64,000 bases of DNA from an uncultured Planctomycetaceae bacterium (GTDB lineage Bacteria > Planctomycetota > Planctomycetia > Planctomycetales > Planctomycetaceae): the NCBI GenBank assembly GCA_963813715.1, contig CAWFAK010000017.1:704001-768000 (forward strand). The letters are read 5' to 3'. The number at the start of each line of letters is the position of its first letter. The stretch's first letter is position 1. Below are positions 23,937 to 34,904 of the stretch, in pieces. The notes beneath the pieces are model-generated. The model had not been told where the DNA came from. It did no database searches and worked only from the letters and a program-made list of their open reading frames with translations. The position numbers and the translations under genes are program-made.

Positions 23937-24111
23937 GAAATTAGAGATCAAGTGCGATTGGTGCGACGGCCAAGGACGGATCGATGCCGGGGACAACAGG
24001 CCGTATGAGTGTCCGGTGTGCCAAGGATCGGGGTTTGAGCCGACCGCAGATGGAGAGAAAACTCTCGCGCTCGTGCGTCACAACTTTCGCCCGATGTTTG
24101 GACGGAGGTAG
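23929..24111 (+). CDS. Small Zn-finger protein resembling anti-TRAP (RtpA)
   Basis: LEIKCDWCDGQGRI...CPVCQGSGFEPTADGEKTLALV; overlaps the upstream stop by 8 nt. Confidence 0.6.
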   Translation: MTEKLEIKCDWCDGQGRIDAGDNRPYECPVCQGSGFEPTADGEKTLALVRHNFRPMFGRR

Positions 24112-24223
24112 AACCGTGACGATTAGTCCTAGGTCAGTCCCGTAAGCATTCGTTTATGGACAGGCTGGCGCCGAGCCGGTTCGCGCTTCCTCCATTGTCA
24201 CCGGCATAATCCCGCCAAATGAA

Positions 24224-24656
24224 AGTGTCCGGACCGGATTCAGACTTCGTCGTAAACCGCATCCGCTGTGTCCTTTAACTCCGGTCTAAATGGGAATTGT
24301 GAAGATGAGACCGGACCAGACCTGACTCGACGCTTTGTGCTCAAAGTCGAGCCCGCTCGGGATGGCTTGGATCGGGGCTGGCGGGTTCGCCCCCAAGGTC
24401 CGCAACGCCCGGTCTTCGTGTGCAAAAGAAAGTGTCCGGACCGGATTCAGACTTCGTCGTAAACCATATCCGCTGCGTCGCTTAACCCCGGTCTAAATCC
24501 GAATTGTGAAGATGAGACCGGACCGGACCTGACTCGCAGTTTTGTGCCCACAGTCGGGAGCCCAACCCGGGGGCCGGCTCGGGGGGCGACCCTTCAGGCT
24601 CGCTCACCGGGTCCGACCGCGGGTCTTCGGGTGCATATAAAAGTGTCCGGACCGGA
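24224..24656. repeat. Tandem copies R2 (24224), R3 (24431) and fragment R4 (24642) of the ~205-bp repeat
   Basis: Same core as R1 at periods of 207 and 211 bp; the second halves are more diverged but share GGTCCG..GGTCTTCGNGTGCA. Confidence 0.9.
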
Positions 24657-25050
24657 CGTGTCGCATCAGATGACCGAATGGACGGCGATCACCGAATGGA
24701 TTACGTCCCAAAAACTCCGTCGGTGCTCCACCGAGCGGCCCGTTGCGGCGATTTCATCCCCGGCGCAAGCCGATCTCGGCCGTCACGACGGGGCCAAATT
24801 CCATTCTGCCACAATTCGTTAGCCAACCAAGATCGGATTTCTACGCCGTTCAGTTCTGTGCAGTTGCGGCCAGAATGCAGACGGGAGATTCGCCTGGGTT
24901 GCCAAAGTTCGGGATGCTCGAACAGACCGGCCCGACCAGGTCGCCGCCAGTTCCAACCCCGCTTCCGGACGCGCGGAAATCGCATATTTCTTTCGCGCCG
25001 CGACGCGGTTAGGATCGGAGCGAATATTCGGAACTCAAGTGGCCGGGCCG

Positions 25051-25758
25051 ATGACCGACGAACTCCGCGTCTTGTGTCCCCACTGCGTGTCGCGGATCCG
25101 CGTGGCCACTCCGCGGATCCTGGGCAAGACGGTCCGCTGCCCCAAGTGCGAGGAGCCCTTCGTGGCGGCTACCGACGCGCCGATTCGCGCGGGCAGCCCC
25201 AGCCAGACCGCCCGCGTGACTCGCAGCTCCAGCCAAGCTGTCGCCCCGATTGACGACGAGTACGGAGCTCCCGCGAAGCCTCTCGGTGATCCGCGGAATC
25301 CCCCCAAGCGACCGGCTGAAACGCCCTCGCCCGAGCCGGCTACGGTCGAAAAGAAGCCTCGCAAGAAGAAGCGGAAGAAATCGCGCGACGTACCGGAGCC
25401 CTCCGGACTCCGGATGTTTTGCTTCGGCTTCATCGGCGGATCGATTGGCGGCATTGCCTGGGTCGGCTTTGCGTACGCTCTGCACGTCCACCTGGGCATC
25501 ATTGCCATCCTGGTCGGCGTGCTGACCGGCGTCGGCGTGCAGACCGGAAACAGCGGTGCTGACGATCACGGCCCCGGCGAGATCGCCGTCTTCACGGCGT
25601 TTGCCGTCATCGTGACGTGCAAATTCCTGGTGGCCTGCCTGCTGGAGCAAAGGTTCCTCGGCATCGAAGTGCTCCAGGCGTTCACACCGTACGACATCAT
25701 CTGGTGCGCGATCGCCGGCCGTTGGGCTTATCGAACGGCGTCCGGGGGGCTGTTTTAG
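25051..25758 (+). CDS. Zn-ribbon membrane protein
   Basis: CPHC...GKTVRCPKC, Pro/Lys-rich linker, about 4 TM helices. Confidence 0.72.
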   Translation: MTDELRVLCPHCVSRIRVATPRILGKTVRCPKCEEPFVAATDAPIRAGSPSQTARVTRSSSQAVAPIDDEYGAPAKPLGDPRNPPKRPAETPSPEPATVEKKPRKKKRKKSRDVPEPSGLRMFCFGFIGGSIGGIAWVGFAYALHVHLGIIAILVGVLTGVGVQTGNSGADDHGPGEIAVFTAFAVIVTCKFLVACLLEQRFLGIEVLQAFTPYDIIWCAIAGRWAYRTASGGLF

Positions 25759-25764
25759 CCGCTA

Positions 25765-26868
25765 CTACGGGGTGGCGTGTTCCGTTTCTTGCAGCAGCTC
25801 GGCGAGATAGTTTTTCCACACGGCGGCCAGAGTGTGCGTGCCGTGGCCGCGGGTCTGGTCGCTGAGCGGAATGACGATGGCTTTGCCGTGCTTCACGCGG
25901 GCGATCTCCCGTTCCAGAATTCCCAGTTCGGGGGGATTGATCAGGTCGTCGGCCGTGTTGATCGCCAGCAGGGGCGCCTGGATCTTCTCCAGGTCGGGAC
26001 CGGGGTCGTAATCGCTCGACGCATCCAGCGCGTACAGGGTGTTGTTGGCGTCCATCGTGCCGAGCGTCCGCGCAATGAACTGATCGATGGCCGCGTCCGC
26101 CTTCTCGCGCGTCGGCATCTCCTTTTGACGCTGGACGGGGTTGCTGCTCATGAACATCAGCATGAAGGCGGCCGTTCGCAGCCCGGGGGGCTGAGACGTG
26201 TATTCGCCGTTCTTCCACTCGGGGTCGTTGCGGATGGCATCGATGATGGCCCGCCGCCAGATGCGATTGCGTCCCGAGATCTGCGTGGGCAAGCTCGCGA
26301 GCGGCAGCAAAGCATCCATAAAGTCGGGATACTGTTCGCCCCAGAGCCAGGTGTGCATGCCGCCCATCGACGTGCCCATCACCAGCCGCAGGTGATTGAC
26401 CTTGAGCCCCTCGGTCAGCAGCCGATAGTCGGCCGCCACCATGTCGCGGTAGCCGTAATGGGGAAAACGAGCGTGCAAGCCCTCGCTCGGCCGACTCGAA
26501 CGTCCGTGGCCGATGCCGTCGGGCAGAATGAGATAGTAGCGCGTAGCGTCCAGGAGCTGCCCCTTGCCGAAGAGCTGCCCGGCAAATTCCGGACGCAGAA
26601 AGTTGCCCCCTTCGCCCGTCGTTCCGTGCATGATGAGCACCGCATTGCGAACGACGCCTTGGCCGTCGCGTGCGGGCGTGCCCAGCGTGCGATAATGCAA
26701 GCGCAGCTCGGGCAGCGTTTCGCCCGACGCGAAATGAAAGTCGCGAATCACAAAGTCGCCGGCCTGTGGGGCCGGGTGATCGTCAGCGCGCGATGGCGTG
26801 CCGCCGCGTGACACCGACAGACTGAGGATAACGATCGTCGCGACGGTACGCTTCATTGTCCGCTTCAT
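25765..26868 (-). CDS. Secreted alpha/beta hydrolase, homoserine O-acetyltransferase-like fold
   Basis: FHFASGETLPELRLHYRTLG, MGTSMGGM, INTADD, GHGTH; signal peptide. Confidence 0.85.
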   Translation of the reverse strand: MKRTMKRTVATIVILSLSVSRGGTPSRADDHPAPQAGDFVIRDFHFASGETLPELRLHYRTLGTPARDGQGVVRNAVLIMHGTTGEGGNFLRPEFAGQLFGKGQLLDATRYYLILPDGIGHGRSSRPSEGLHARFPHYGYRDMVAADYRLLTEGLKVNHLRLVMGTSMGGMHTWLWGEQYPDFMDALLPLASLPTQISGRNRIWRRAIIDAIRNDPEWKNGEYTSQPPGLRTAAFMLMFMSSNPVQRQKEMPTREKADAAIDQFIARTLGTMDANNTLYALDASSDYDPGPDLEKIQAPLLAINTADDLINPPELGILEREIARVKHGKAIVIPLSDQTRGHGTHTLAAVWKNYLAELLQETEHATP

Positions 26869-26993
26869 GTGATGCCTCGCGCGGGCCCTGGAATGATTGT
26901 GATCCGCAGGATACTGTTGGGGCGACTGGTGAGGCATCTGTGATACCGTACGGCTGGCTCGCGAAAATCGCTAAGACACGATATCAAGAGATT

Positions 26994-28376
26994 ATGAACA
27001 CAATTCGGCTGTCAATCATCGCTGTCTCGGGAATTCTGTTGGCTGCGTTGGCGGGCCGCGCGAGTGCGGCGGATCAGCTCATGGATGCGGCGCGGAAGAT
27101 CGGCGCGGAGGCCACCGTGAACGGCAAGGCCTACGCCAACCTCAAGGAGTTGACGACGATCGGGCCGCGGCTCAGCGGTTCCGATGGGGCCGCGAAAGCC
27201 ATTGCGTGGGGCAAGCAGAAATTGGAATCGTACGGCCTCGATCGAGTCGTGCTGCAGCCGGCGATGGTGCCGCACTGGACTCGCGGCGACCGGGAAGAGG
27301 CGACGATCGTCTCGGCCACCAAACCAACATCCCTGAAAGTGGCGGCACTCGGCCCCAGCGTCGGCACGCCCAAAGAGGGAGTACAGGCGGGCGTCGTCGA
27401 AGTGCACGGGCTGGACGAGGTCGAAAAGCTCGGCTCGGCTGTCCGCGGAAAGATCGTCTTCTACAACCGGCCGATGACCTATGGGGGTCGCGGCGCGTAC
27501 GGATCGTATGGCCGGACTGTCGACCAGCGCTATCGCGGTGCGGCGGTCGCCGCGCGTCAGGGAGCGGTGGCCGTGCTCGTCCGCTCGATGACCGCCATGC
27601 CGGATGACGACCACCCGCACACGGGCATGCTCCGCTACGAAAATGGCGTCCCCATGATTCCGGCCGCCGCCCTCAGCACGCATGCCGCGAACGAACTGTC
27701 GGCGCAGCTGAAAACCGATCCCAAGCTCACCGTGAACCTCAAGCTGAGCGCGGCCCAGCATCCGGACGTCTCCTCTTATAATGTCATCGGCGAGCTGACG
27801 GGCCGCGACCTGCCGCAGGAATACGTGGTGGTCGGCGGTCATCTCGATTCGTGGGACCTGGCGACCGGCGCGCACGACGACGGCACCGGCGTGGTTCAGT
27901 CGATCGAAGTTGTGCGCGCACTGAAAGCTCTCGGATTGCGACCGCGACGCACGGTCCGCGTCGTGCTCTTTATGGCGGAGGAATTTGGAGGTCTCGGCGC
28001 GAAGGAATACGCGGACCAGGCGAAAGCGAAAGGCGAAAAACACTACGCGGCCATCGAGTCCGACAGCGGCGGTTTCGCGCCGCTCGGCTTCGGCGTCTCC
28101 GGCAGCGAACAACAAGTGGCGACGGTGAAGAGCTGGGCCCCGTATCTCGGCCTGTTCCATGCCGACGCGATCAAAAAAGGGGGCGGTGGCACGGACATCG
28201 AGCCCCTCGCTCCGCTGGGCGCCGTCACGATCGGCTACATCCCCGACGCGAGCCACTACTTCGACTTCCACCACTCGGCCCGGGATCGCATCGAGGCGGT
28301 GAACATCGAGGAACTTCAAAACGGCGCCGCGGCCATGGCGACGCTCGCGTACTTCATTGCGGAAAAAGGGCTCTGA
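26994..28376 (+). CDS. M28-family metallopeptidase (carboxypeptidase Q-like, PA domain)
   Basis: IGPRLSGS, GGHLDSWD, GAHDDGTG, AEEFG, HHSARD. Confidence 0.9.
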   Translation: MNTIRLSIIAVSGILLAALAGRASAADQLMDAARKIGAEATVNGKAYANLKELTTIGPRLSGSDGAAKAIAWGKQKLESYGLDRVVLQPAMVPHWTRGDREEATIVSATKPTSLKVAALGPSVGTPKEGVQAGVVEVHGLDEVEKLGSAVRGKIVFYNRPMTYGGRGAYGSYGRTVDQRYRGAAVAARQGAVAVLVRSMTAMPDDDHPHTGMLRYENGVPMIPAAALSTHAANELSAQLKTDPKLTVNLKLSAAQHPDVSSYNVIGELTGRDLPQEYVVVGGHLDSWDLATGAHDDGTGVVQSIEVVRALKALGLRPRRTVRVVLFMAEEFGGLGAKEYADQAKAKGEKHYAAIESDSGGFAPLGFGVSGSEQQVATVKSWAPYLGLFHADAIKKGGGGTDIEPLAPLGAVTIGYIPDASHYFDFHHSARDRIEAVNIEELQNGAAAMATLAYFIAEKGL

Positions 28377-28420
28377 CGGGACTCGACGACGTCCTCCTGC
28401 CCTACGGCTTAGCGCGCCCA

Positions 28421-28831
28421 ATGAAAGAGTCGGCAATTCTCGCGCGGCTGCGACCAATGTGCCTGGGCTTGCCCGAGGTGCGAGAGACCGTCAAGTGGGG
28501 ACATCCCACCTTCGAGGCCGGTAAGAAGATCTTCGCGGTGCTCGACCGCTACGAAGGGCGGCCGTGCCTTGCGTTTCGCGCACCGCTCGAAAAAGTTGAC
28601 GAGCTGCTGACCGACAGCCGTTTCACAGAAGCCCCTTACGCGGCTCGGTTCGGTTGGGTCTGCCTCGACGTGAGCGAGCAGATTGATTGGGCGGAGGTCG
28701 AGCGGTTGGTGGCCGACAGCTACCGCCTCGTCGCCCTCAAACGCATGCTGGCGGTGCTTGCCGCCCGCGAACCTGCGGCGACGACCTCGCTGCCGCGGCT
28801 TTCGCAGAAAAGACCGAAGCGCGCCCGCTAA
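28421..28831 (+). CDS. MmcQ/YjbR-family protein
   Basis: LPEVRETVKWGHPTF..KKIFA, APYAARFGWV, LVADSYRLVA. Confidence 0.85.
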   Translation: MKESAILARLRPMCLGLPEVRETVKWGHPTFEAGKKIFAVLDRYEGRPCLAFRAPLEKVDELLTDSRFTEAPYAARFGWVCLDVSEQIDWAEVERLVADSYRLVALKRMLAVLAAREPAATTSLPRLSQKRPKRAR

Positions 28832-29676
28832 TCGAGGACTCGCGTGCGGGGAATCTTGATTCGCAACTCTCCGGTGCCTTCGCAGGCCACGGCCGGCAGC
28901 GACAGCTTGAGATACTTGACGTACGTACCGGGCGGGTCGAAGACCAGGATGTCCACCAGCGATCCGGCGGGCTTGATCGTCGTGGAAGAAGTCTGACCGA
29001 CAATCTTCGATCGCCAAACGACTTGCTTGTGCGATTGACCCGTATCGTCCCGCATCCGGGCCGCGTGGTCATTCTTGTCCATGTCGTTGGCCCATCCCGT
29101 ATATTTCAGGTCCGCGCTGCCGAGGTTTTCGATCTTGAGGGCAATCTTGAGATAAGCGTTGGGCGTCTTCCGCGCCCCGTTCATGTTGACCGGGATGACT
29201 TCGATCGGCTCGGTCGTCACCGACTGCGCGGTCACCCGCACTCGCTCGTTGCCGTCGGCCGTGCCGACTCCGTCCCACGGCTCAAGGTCGACGGGCTCTT
29301 GGGTCGCAATCGGACCCTCCTGAGGCTTGCTCAGCGCCCACTTCGCCGTCGCGACGCCAACGTAGGCCGCCACCATGAGCAGCGCGACGAACAGGATGCG
29401 GATCGGACGCTCCGCCATCCAATCGAGCGAGCCCGAAAGTTTTTCAATCGAGCGATACCAGGCTTCGCTGGGGGTGAGAGGGCCGACTGCGATCTCGTCG
29501 GGCCTAGAGTTTTTGCCCGCGTCCTCCGTCTCGTCCTCGCCCTCCTTGAGCATCGCCGTGGGTTTGGGCACGCGGACGGCGTTGCCGCAGGCGTTGCACT
29601 TCGTGATGCGTCCCGCGGCATAATTTGAGACGCGAAGGCGCTGGCCGCAAACGGGGCAATTGACATGGATCGGCAT
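28828..29676 (-). CDS. Zn-ribbon, single-TM hypothetical protein
   Basis: CPVCG..AGRITKCNACG, one TM, beta-rich C-terminal domain. Confidence 0.7.
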   Translation of the reverse strand: MPIHVNCPVCGQRLRVSNYAAGRITKCNACGNAVRVPKPTAMLKEGEDETEDAGKNSRPDEIAVGPLTPSEAWYRSIEKLSGSLDWMAERPIRILFVALLMVAAYVGVATAKWALSKPQEGPIATQEPVDLEPWDGVGTADGNERVRVTAQSVTTEPIEVIPVNMNGARKTPNAYLKIALKIENLGSADLKYTGWANDMDKNDHAARMRDDTGQSHKQVVWRSKIVGQTSSTTIKPAGSLVDILVFDPPGTYVKYLKLSLPAVACEGTGELRIKIPRTRVLD

Positions 29677-30032
29677 GGGGGTCGAATCCCTCGCGGATTG
29701 GTGGACGCGGCCCGCCGGTCAGACACAACTTGATCAGATACAACCTGAAACGAGCAATCCTTTTGTGCGCGAGCAATCGTCGCGCCCGGAACATGCGGGC
29801 GCTTGACGCCCCTCAGACGTCTCAGAGTGTTCGGCTCTTCAGGTCTGCAGAAGAACGATACTGGGCCGAGCAAAAAGGTCCAGCGCCGCGTCTTGTTAAT
29901 TTTTGCGGAAGAGCGCACGCGTCAATTCAGCGCGTGATCGGAGCGGAGTAATTTGGATTCCCCGAACTCGCCCCTGCCCCGCGGACTGTCATTCGCTGGC
30001 TTTATTCTGGGGCGGCCCGGCTGCGGTGCCCG

Positions 30033-31897
30033 ATGTCCGATTCGATGGCCAACACGACTTTGACGCACAGCACGCTGATGGCCAACGCGACGAGCCGCGT
30101 CGGTCGGGCAGACTGGATCGCGGCTCTCGTGCTGGCGGTCGTGCTCGGCCTCGTTTACGGCCGGGCGGCCCGCGCACCCTTCGTTCATGACGACAACACG
30201 TCGGTCCTTCATAATCCGTCGATCGTGCGGCTCTGGCCTCCGTTCGGAACGGTCGCCCAGCCTGGGCCATTGCGACCGCCCCGGGACGCCGTCACGTCGG
30301 GTCGCCCGTTGCTAAATCTGACACTGGCTCTCAACTATGCCGCCGGCGGTTACAACCCGGTCGGCTATCACCTGGTCAACCTGCTCATTCACATCGGCGC
30401 GGCGATTTTGCTTTATGGGATCGTGCGACGGACATTGCTGCTCGATCGTTTTCGCGAGCGGTTCGGATTTGCGGCGTCCCAGTTGGCGCTGTCGGTGGCT
30501 TTGGTGTGGGCGATTCACCCGTTGCAAACCGATGCCGTCGAATACGTTTCGCAGCGGACGGAATCGCTGATGGGTTTATTTTACTTGGCGACGCTCTACG
30601 CCAGCGTGCGGTATTTGACGGCCGAAACCGGGCACGCCCGGACCCTGGCCGCAGTGGGGGCGACAGTCGCCTGCTGGGCGGGGATGGCCTGCAAGGAGGT
30701 GATGGTCTCCGCGCCACTCTTGGTCTTGCTGTACGACCGGGCGTTCGTGTGCGGCTCGCTCCGCCGGACGGTCAAGCACGCGTGGCCGCTTTATGCGGGG
30801 TTGGCGAGCGGCTGGGTGTTTCTACTGATCCTGAATCTCGATTCACCGCGGTCGCAAGCGGCCGGGCTGCAGGCCGGCTTACCCGCTTACGTCTGGTGGT
30901 TCACCCAAGCGAAGGTCGCCCTGATTTACCTCAAGCTGTCATTCTGGCCCTGGCCTTTAATCATTCATCATGAAACCCCCATCCTTTGGACGCTCGCGTC
31001 AGCGTGGCCGTGGCTGGTCCCGGTGCTCATCGCCGCGGTCGTCACCTTCATCCTCGTGTGCCGGCGACACGCCGTCGGTTACCTGGGGGCCTGGTTCTTC
31101 ATCATTCTTTCACCAACTTTCGCAGTTCCCATGCCGTCAGAAGTCGTCGCCGAGCGGCGGATGTATTTGCCCCTGGCCGCCGTGGTCGTCTTCATCATCT
31201 TGGGCGCGTTCGCGGCGCTGACGCGTCGCAAATCCGCCGCCGACGCGTTCGCAACTCCGGCTGGATCGCGAATCTTCGCTCGCCGATCGGTGCTGATTGT
31301 TTCGTGCGGGCTGGCGCTGATTTTCGCTGTCGTCACCAGCGTTCGGCTGGATGCCTATCGCGATGTGATCTCGATCTGGCGGGACGCCGTCGCGCACCAG
31401 CCGGACAACGTCCGCGCGACGATCAACCTGGGTTGCGCTCTGGACGATGCCGGCCAACCTCAGGAGGCCATCGCACAGTTCGAGCGGCGCTCGAGATCGA
31501 TCCGACACGCCCGGATGTGGGGCTGGCCCACCGCAGCCTGGGACTGACGTGGGCCAAGCTCGGGCGACCGGACAAGGCCATTCACCATCTCGAACTGGCG
31601 ATGCGCCTGCGTCCCGACGTCGCCGACGATCACGGTGCGCTCGGCTCACTGCTGCTCTCAGTCCACCGTTTCCCCGCGGCCGCGGAGCAGCTCGAGCTGG
31701 CCGTGCGACAGCAACCGAGCGACGTCCTCGCGCACGCGAATCTGGCGACGGCCTACGCGAATCTCGGGCGGCAATCACAGGCGCTCGCTCAGGCCGAAGA
31801 AGCTCGCTCGCTCGCCCAGGCCCAGGGAGCGGGCGTTTGGCTGGAGCAGATCGACGCCTGGCTGCGCGGCTACCGCGGCCGGCTGTCGCAGCGTTGA
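30033..31897 (+). CDS. TMTC-like GT-C membrane protein with C-terminal TPRs; frameshift near 31487
   Basis: FVHDD, YHLVNLLIH, WAIHPLQTDAVEYVSQRTE, CKE, AERRMYLP, then TPR helices. Confidence 0.8.
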
Positions 31898-31937
31898 TTC
31901 GCGACCAATCAGGCAAGGATTTACTGGCGAAACCGAG

Positions 31938-32685
31938 CTAGTTCGCGCTCGGCGAGTCCGGGCTTTCGCGGAAGCGGTAGCCCACGCCGCGCACCGTTTC
32001 GATCAGTTCGCGGGCCGATCCGAGCTTCGCCCGCAGCGACCGAATGTGGACGTCGATCGTGCGCTCCAGCACGAAGCTGGCGTTGCCGATCGAAACATCG
32101 AGGAGATGCGACCGCGTGAATGCCCGGCCCGGCTCGCGCAGGAAACACTCCAGCAATCGAAATTCGGTCGGCGTCAGATGCAGCTTCTTTTCGTGCAGAT
32201 AAGCCCAGTGGCCATGACGATCGATCCGCACCGGACCCATTTGCAGAGACGGGCTCGTCTGATACGCCGGACGCGTCAAACGCCGGCTCCGTTGACGCGA
32301 CGGGCTCTTCCCGCAACAGGTGCGGCAGCAAGCGCTCGGGCGGCAGCAACTGCTCCTGTGGCAACAACCGATCACTGTGCGGCCCGTCCACGGACGTTGT
32401 GTCGACTCCGTCATTGTCGGCGCCCGGTTGGGCGATCGCCAGCTTAAAGATGGCCGCATCGGCCGCGTTCATTCCCTCACGGGGGGTGCGCGGGCCGTTT
32501 GTGTCGTGCACCGCCGCGCGGCTCAGATCGAGCAGGATGAGATTCGGCGTGAGGATGTGCGCTTCACACACGCGATCGCCGCTTGGCTGCGCGGCGGTGG
32601 CGTCGGTTCCATTTCTCGCAAAGAGGGAAACGAGCCTCTCAATCAGCGGCCCCTCTTCGATGAGCACGATGCGCGTGGAGCCCAC
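31938..32685 (-). CDS. Atypical OmpR/PhoB-type regulator (degenerate receiver + winged helix); frameshift near 32247
   Basis: RIVLIEE...LILLDLS N-terminus; LTPTEFRLL...ERTIDVHIRSLRAKL..IETVRGVGYRF C-terminus. Confidence 0.7.
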
Positions 32686-33080
32686 GACAACCCTTCCGAA
32701 AGCGGTCGTAAGAAAACAACCATCGGCAACTGAGGGACATGGTCGCGCTCTGTTTCGTCTTCGCGACAGACGACTTGGACGAACGACTCCGTCACCCGCA
32801 GACGGAGCGGCATTACACACGCGTAATTGGAGAATTCGATAAACAACGAGTGAAGATTCGATGTGCCGCGCTAAGAAATCACACGAACTGCGCCGACTGG
32901 CCAGCGGAGTGCCCCTCGCCTCGCAAAATGCGCGGCAGCATATCGGCTCGCGCGGTTCATGAAGAAATTTGAGGCGAAAGCTATTACGGCCTTCATCAGG
33001 ACTTCAAAAATTCACCTAAACTCCGACTTGGTGAGATCCCCTATCGATTCCAAGCCTCTTTACTTTGCCGGAATAAAACC

Positions 33081-33405
33081 ATGAAACGCTGCGCTGTTCA
33101 TCCTCACAGTGGTCTGTGCGGGGCTGATGTTGGGTTGCGAAAAGAGCAACGATGTCACCAAGTCGCTGGAAAAAGCCCATAAATCTGACTTTCCGGTGAA
33201 GCAGGGAGTGGAACAACGCAGCACGCCGGAGTTCATCGCCGAGCACGTTGAAACTCCCAAAGAGCGTGCCAATTACCTCCACGGTCTGACCTCCGACGCG
33301 AAATTCGATCCCAAACAACACGTCGAGATGCTCAAGAAGTACGAGAACGATCCGAACGCGGACGTCGCGTCGGCTGCCAAAGAGCTGCTGGCCAAAGCCC
33401 AGTGA
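33081..33405 (+). CDS. Small lipoprotein; frameshift in signal peptide
   Basis: ATGAAACGC(T)GCGCTG... gives MKRALFILTVVCAGLMLGC (lipobox LMLGC). Confidence 0.65.
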
Positions 33406-34846
33406 AATCGCCGCGTGCCGACGGCCTGGTCGATGTTGATTCGATGAAGGGGGACGGCGGGAAATTCCTGCCGGACTCCCGCATCTATGCAATCGCTTTT
33501 GCGTGGTGCGCGGCGGTGACGGTTCTCGTCCACGGCCCGATGTTGTTCAAGCCGCACGCCGAAGGGGATGAGCTGGTCTATTACGTGTTGTCCCAACGGA
33601 TGGGCTGGGACCTCTCGAACTACACAACCAAGGACGATCCGCGAGTCAACGACTTGCCCTACACGATCTATCGCGGCCCGGTCTTTCACCATCCGCCGCT
33701 CTTGCCGTTGGTCCTCAAGGCAGGTTCGCAGTTCACGATGAACCCATTGCTCTCGTTGCCGGGAGTCGTCACTCCCCGAGCCAAGACCGACCCGCGGTCG
33801 TTCGTCGTACCGAGCGAATGCGTGGCCGCGGCTTTCGCGTTCGAAGTCTTCGTCTGCGTGGCCGCCCTATGGTACGTCTGGCGATTCCTCGCGCTGGTCG
33901 GTGTTGAACCTGCATTTGGAGTCGCGGCTCTCGTCGGCCTGACGGTCTGCCCGCTCGTGCTCTTTTCGACTGTGCGGATCCATCACGACGGCTTGATGGG
34001 ACTGATGCTCGTGTGCGGACTCGTGGCGTTTGCCGAAGCGATTGAGAGAGAACGCGTCCTCGGCGCGGTGGAGGCGGCGATTTGGCTGGTGGCCGCCATG
34101 AACGTGCGCTTTAACGCCGTCGTCGCCCTGCCGGTGATCCTGCTGATGCCGTTTTATCGGGCGACTGGTGGCCAGACGACGGGTTATCAAGGCGACGGGG
34201 GATCGACCTCGGAGCTTGCCAGGTCGCGGCACGGCGGCCCTTAAAAATATCGCGCGGCCGCGACCGCAGTGGCTCGTCGTCGGCATTGTGTTCCTGGCCG
34301 TTTTGACGGCCGGTCTGCAGCACTATGTCCGTTTATTCGCAGCTTACGGGACTTTGTGGCCCAGCGCGATGATTCATCCGCTGCCCGGCGTTGCCAAGTT
34401 CAGTCCCCTGCTCGCCATGGTCGAGCGGATGAATCGTGCTTGGGTGCTGTGGGAACTGGCCGCAATGTTTCCCCTCGCACTGCTGTTCGTGGCCCCCTGG
34501 AATCTTCGCGTGCTCTTTGCCGACCTGCGCGCGGCGGTGGCCAGCGATGTTTGTCACGGCGTTCGGCTTCTTGTTCGCCGTGCAGCTGGTCTTCGCCTTT
34601 AAACCCGTGCGCTACTTCGCCGCGGTGACGCCGCTGATGCACCTGTGCTGGCCTTACCTGCTGCGGATCAAAGCGCCGAACGTGTGGCTGGGCTGGAGCG
34701 CCTGGGGTTTGGCCGGTGTGACGGTGCTCTTGATGATCACCACCGGGTTTTTCAACGCGACCCTTCACGATCCCGATCAGGCGGCCGTGATCCCCTCGTT
34801 GGTCTTTTATTGGCCTCCGCTGTTGAACGGCTATCGAGCTCACTAA
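33402..34846 (+). CDS. Multi-TM GT-C-like (ArnT/PMT-like) glycosyltransferase; two frameshifts
   Basis: EGDELVY, HHPPLLP, RIHHDG, KPVRYF spread over ORFs 33402, 34168 and 34436. Confidence 0.55.
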
Positions 34847-34904
34847 TTCGCCGACGCTCGCGCTGTCGGCTCGAAGTCTGCGAAAAACTAGTCAGTTGCC
34901 CGTT

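Noticed and set aside
22444..24656. CRISPR array or integron attC array
   Set aside because: Units are about 205 bp with homologous tails rather than unique spacers; no cas or intI gene; no RYYYAAC/GTTRRRY boxes at the ends.
25765..26868. metX assignment
   Set aside because: Has a signal peptide and no methionine-pathway context; only fold-level similarity is supportable.
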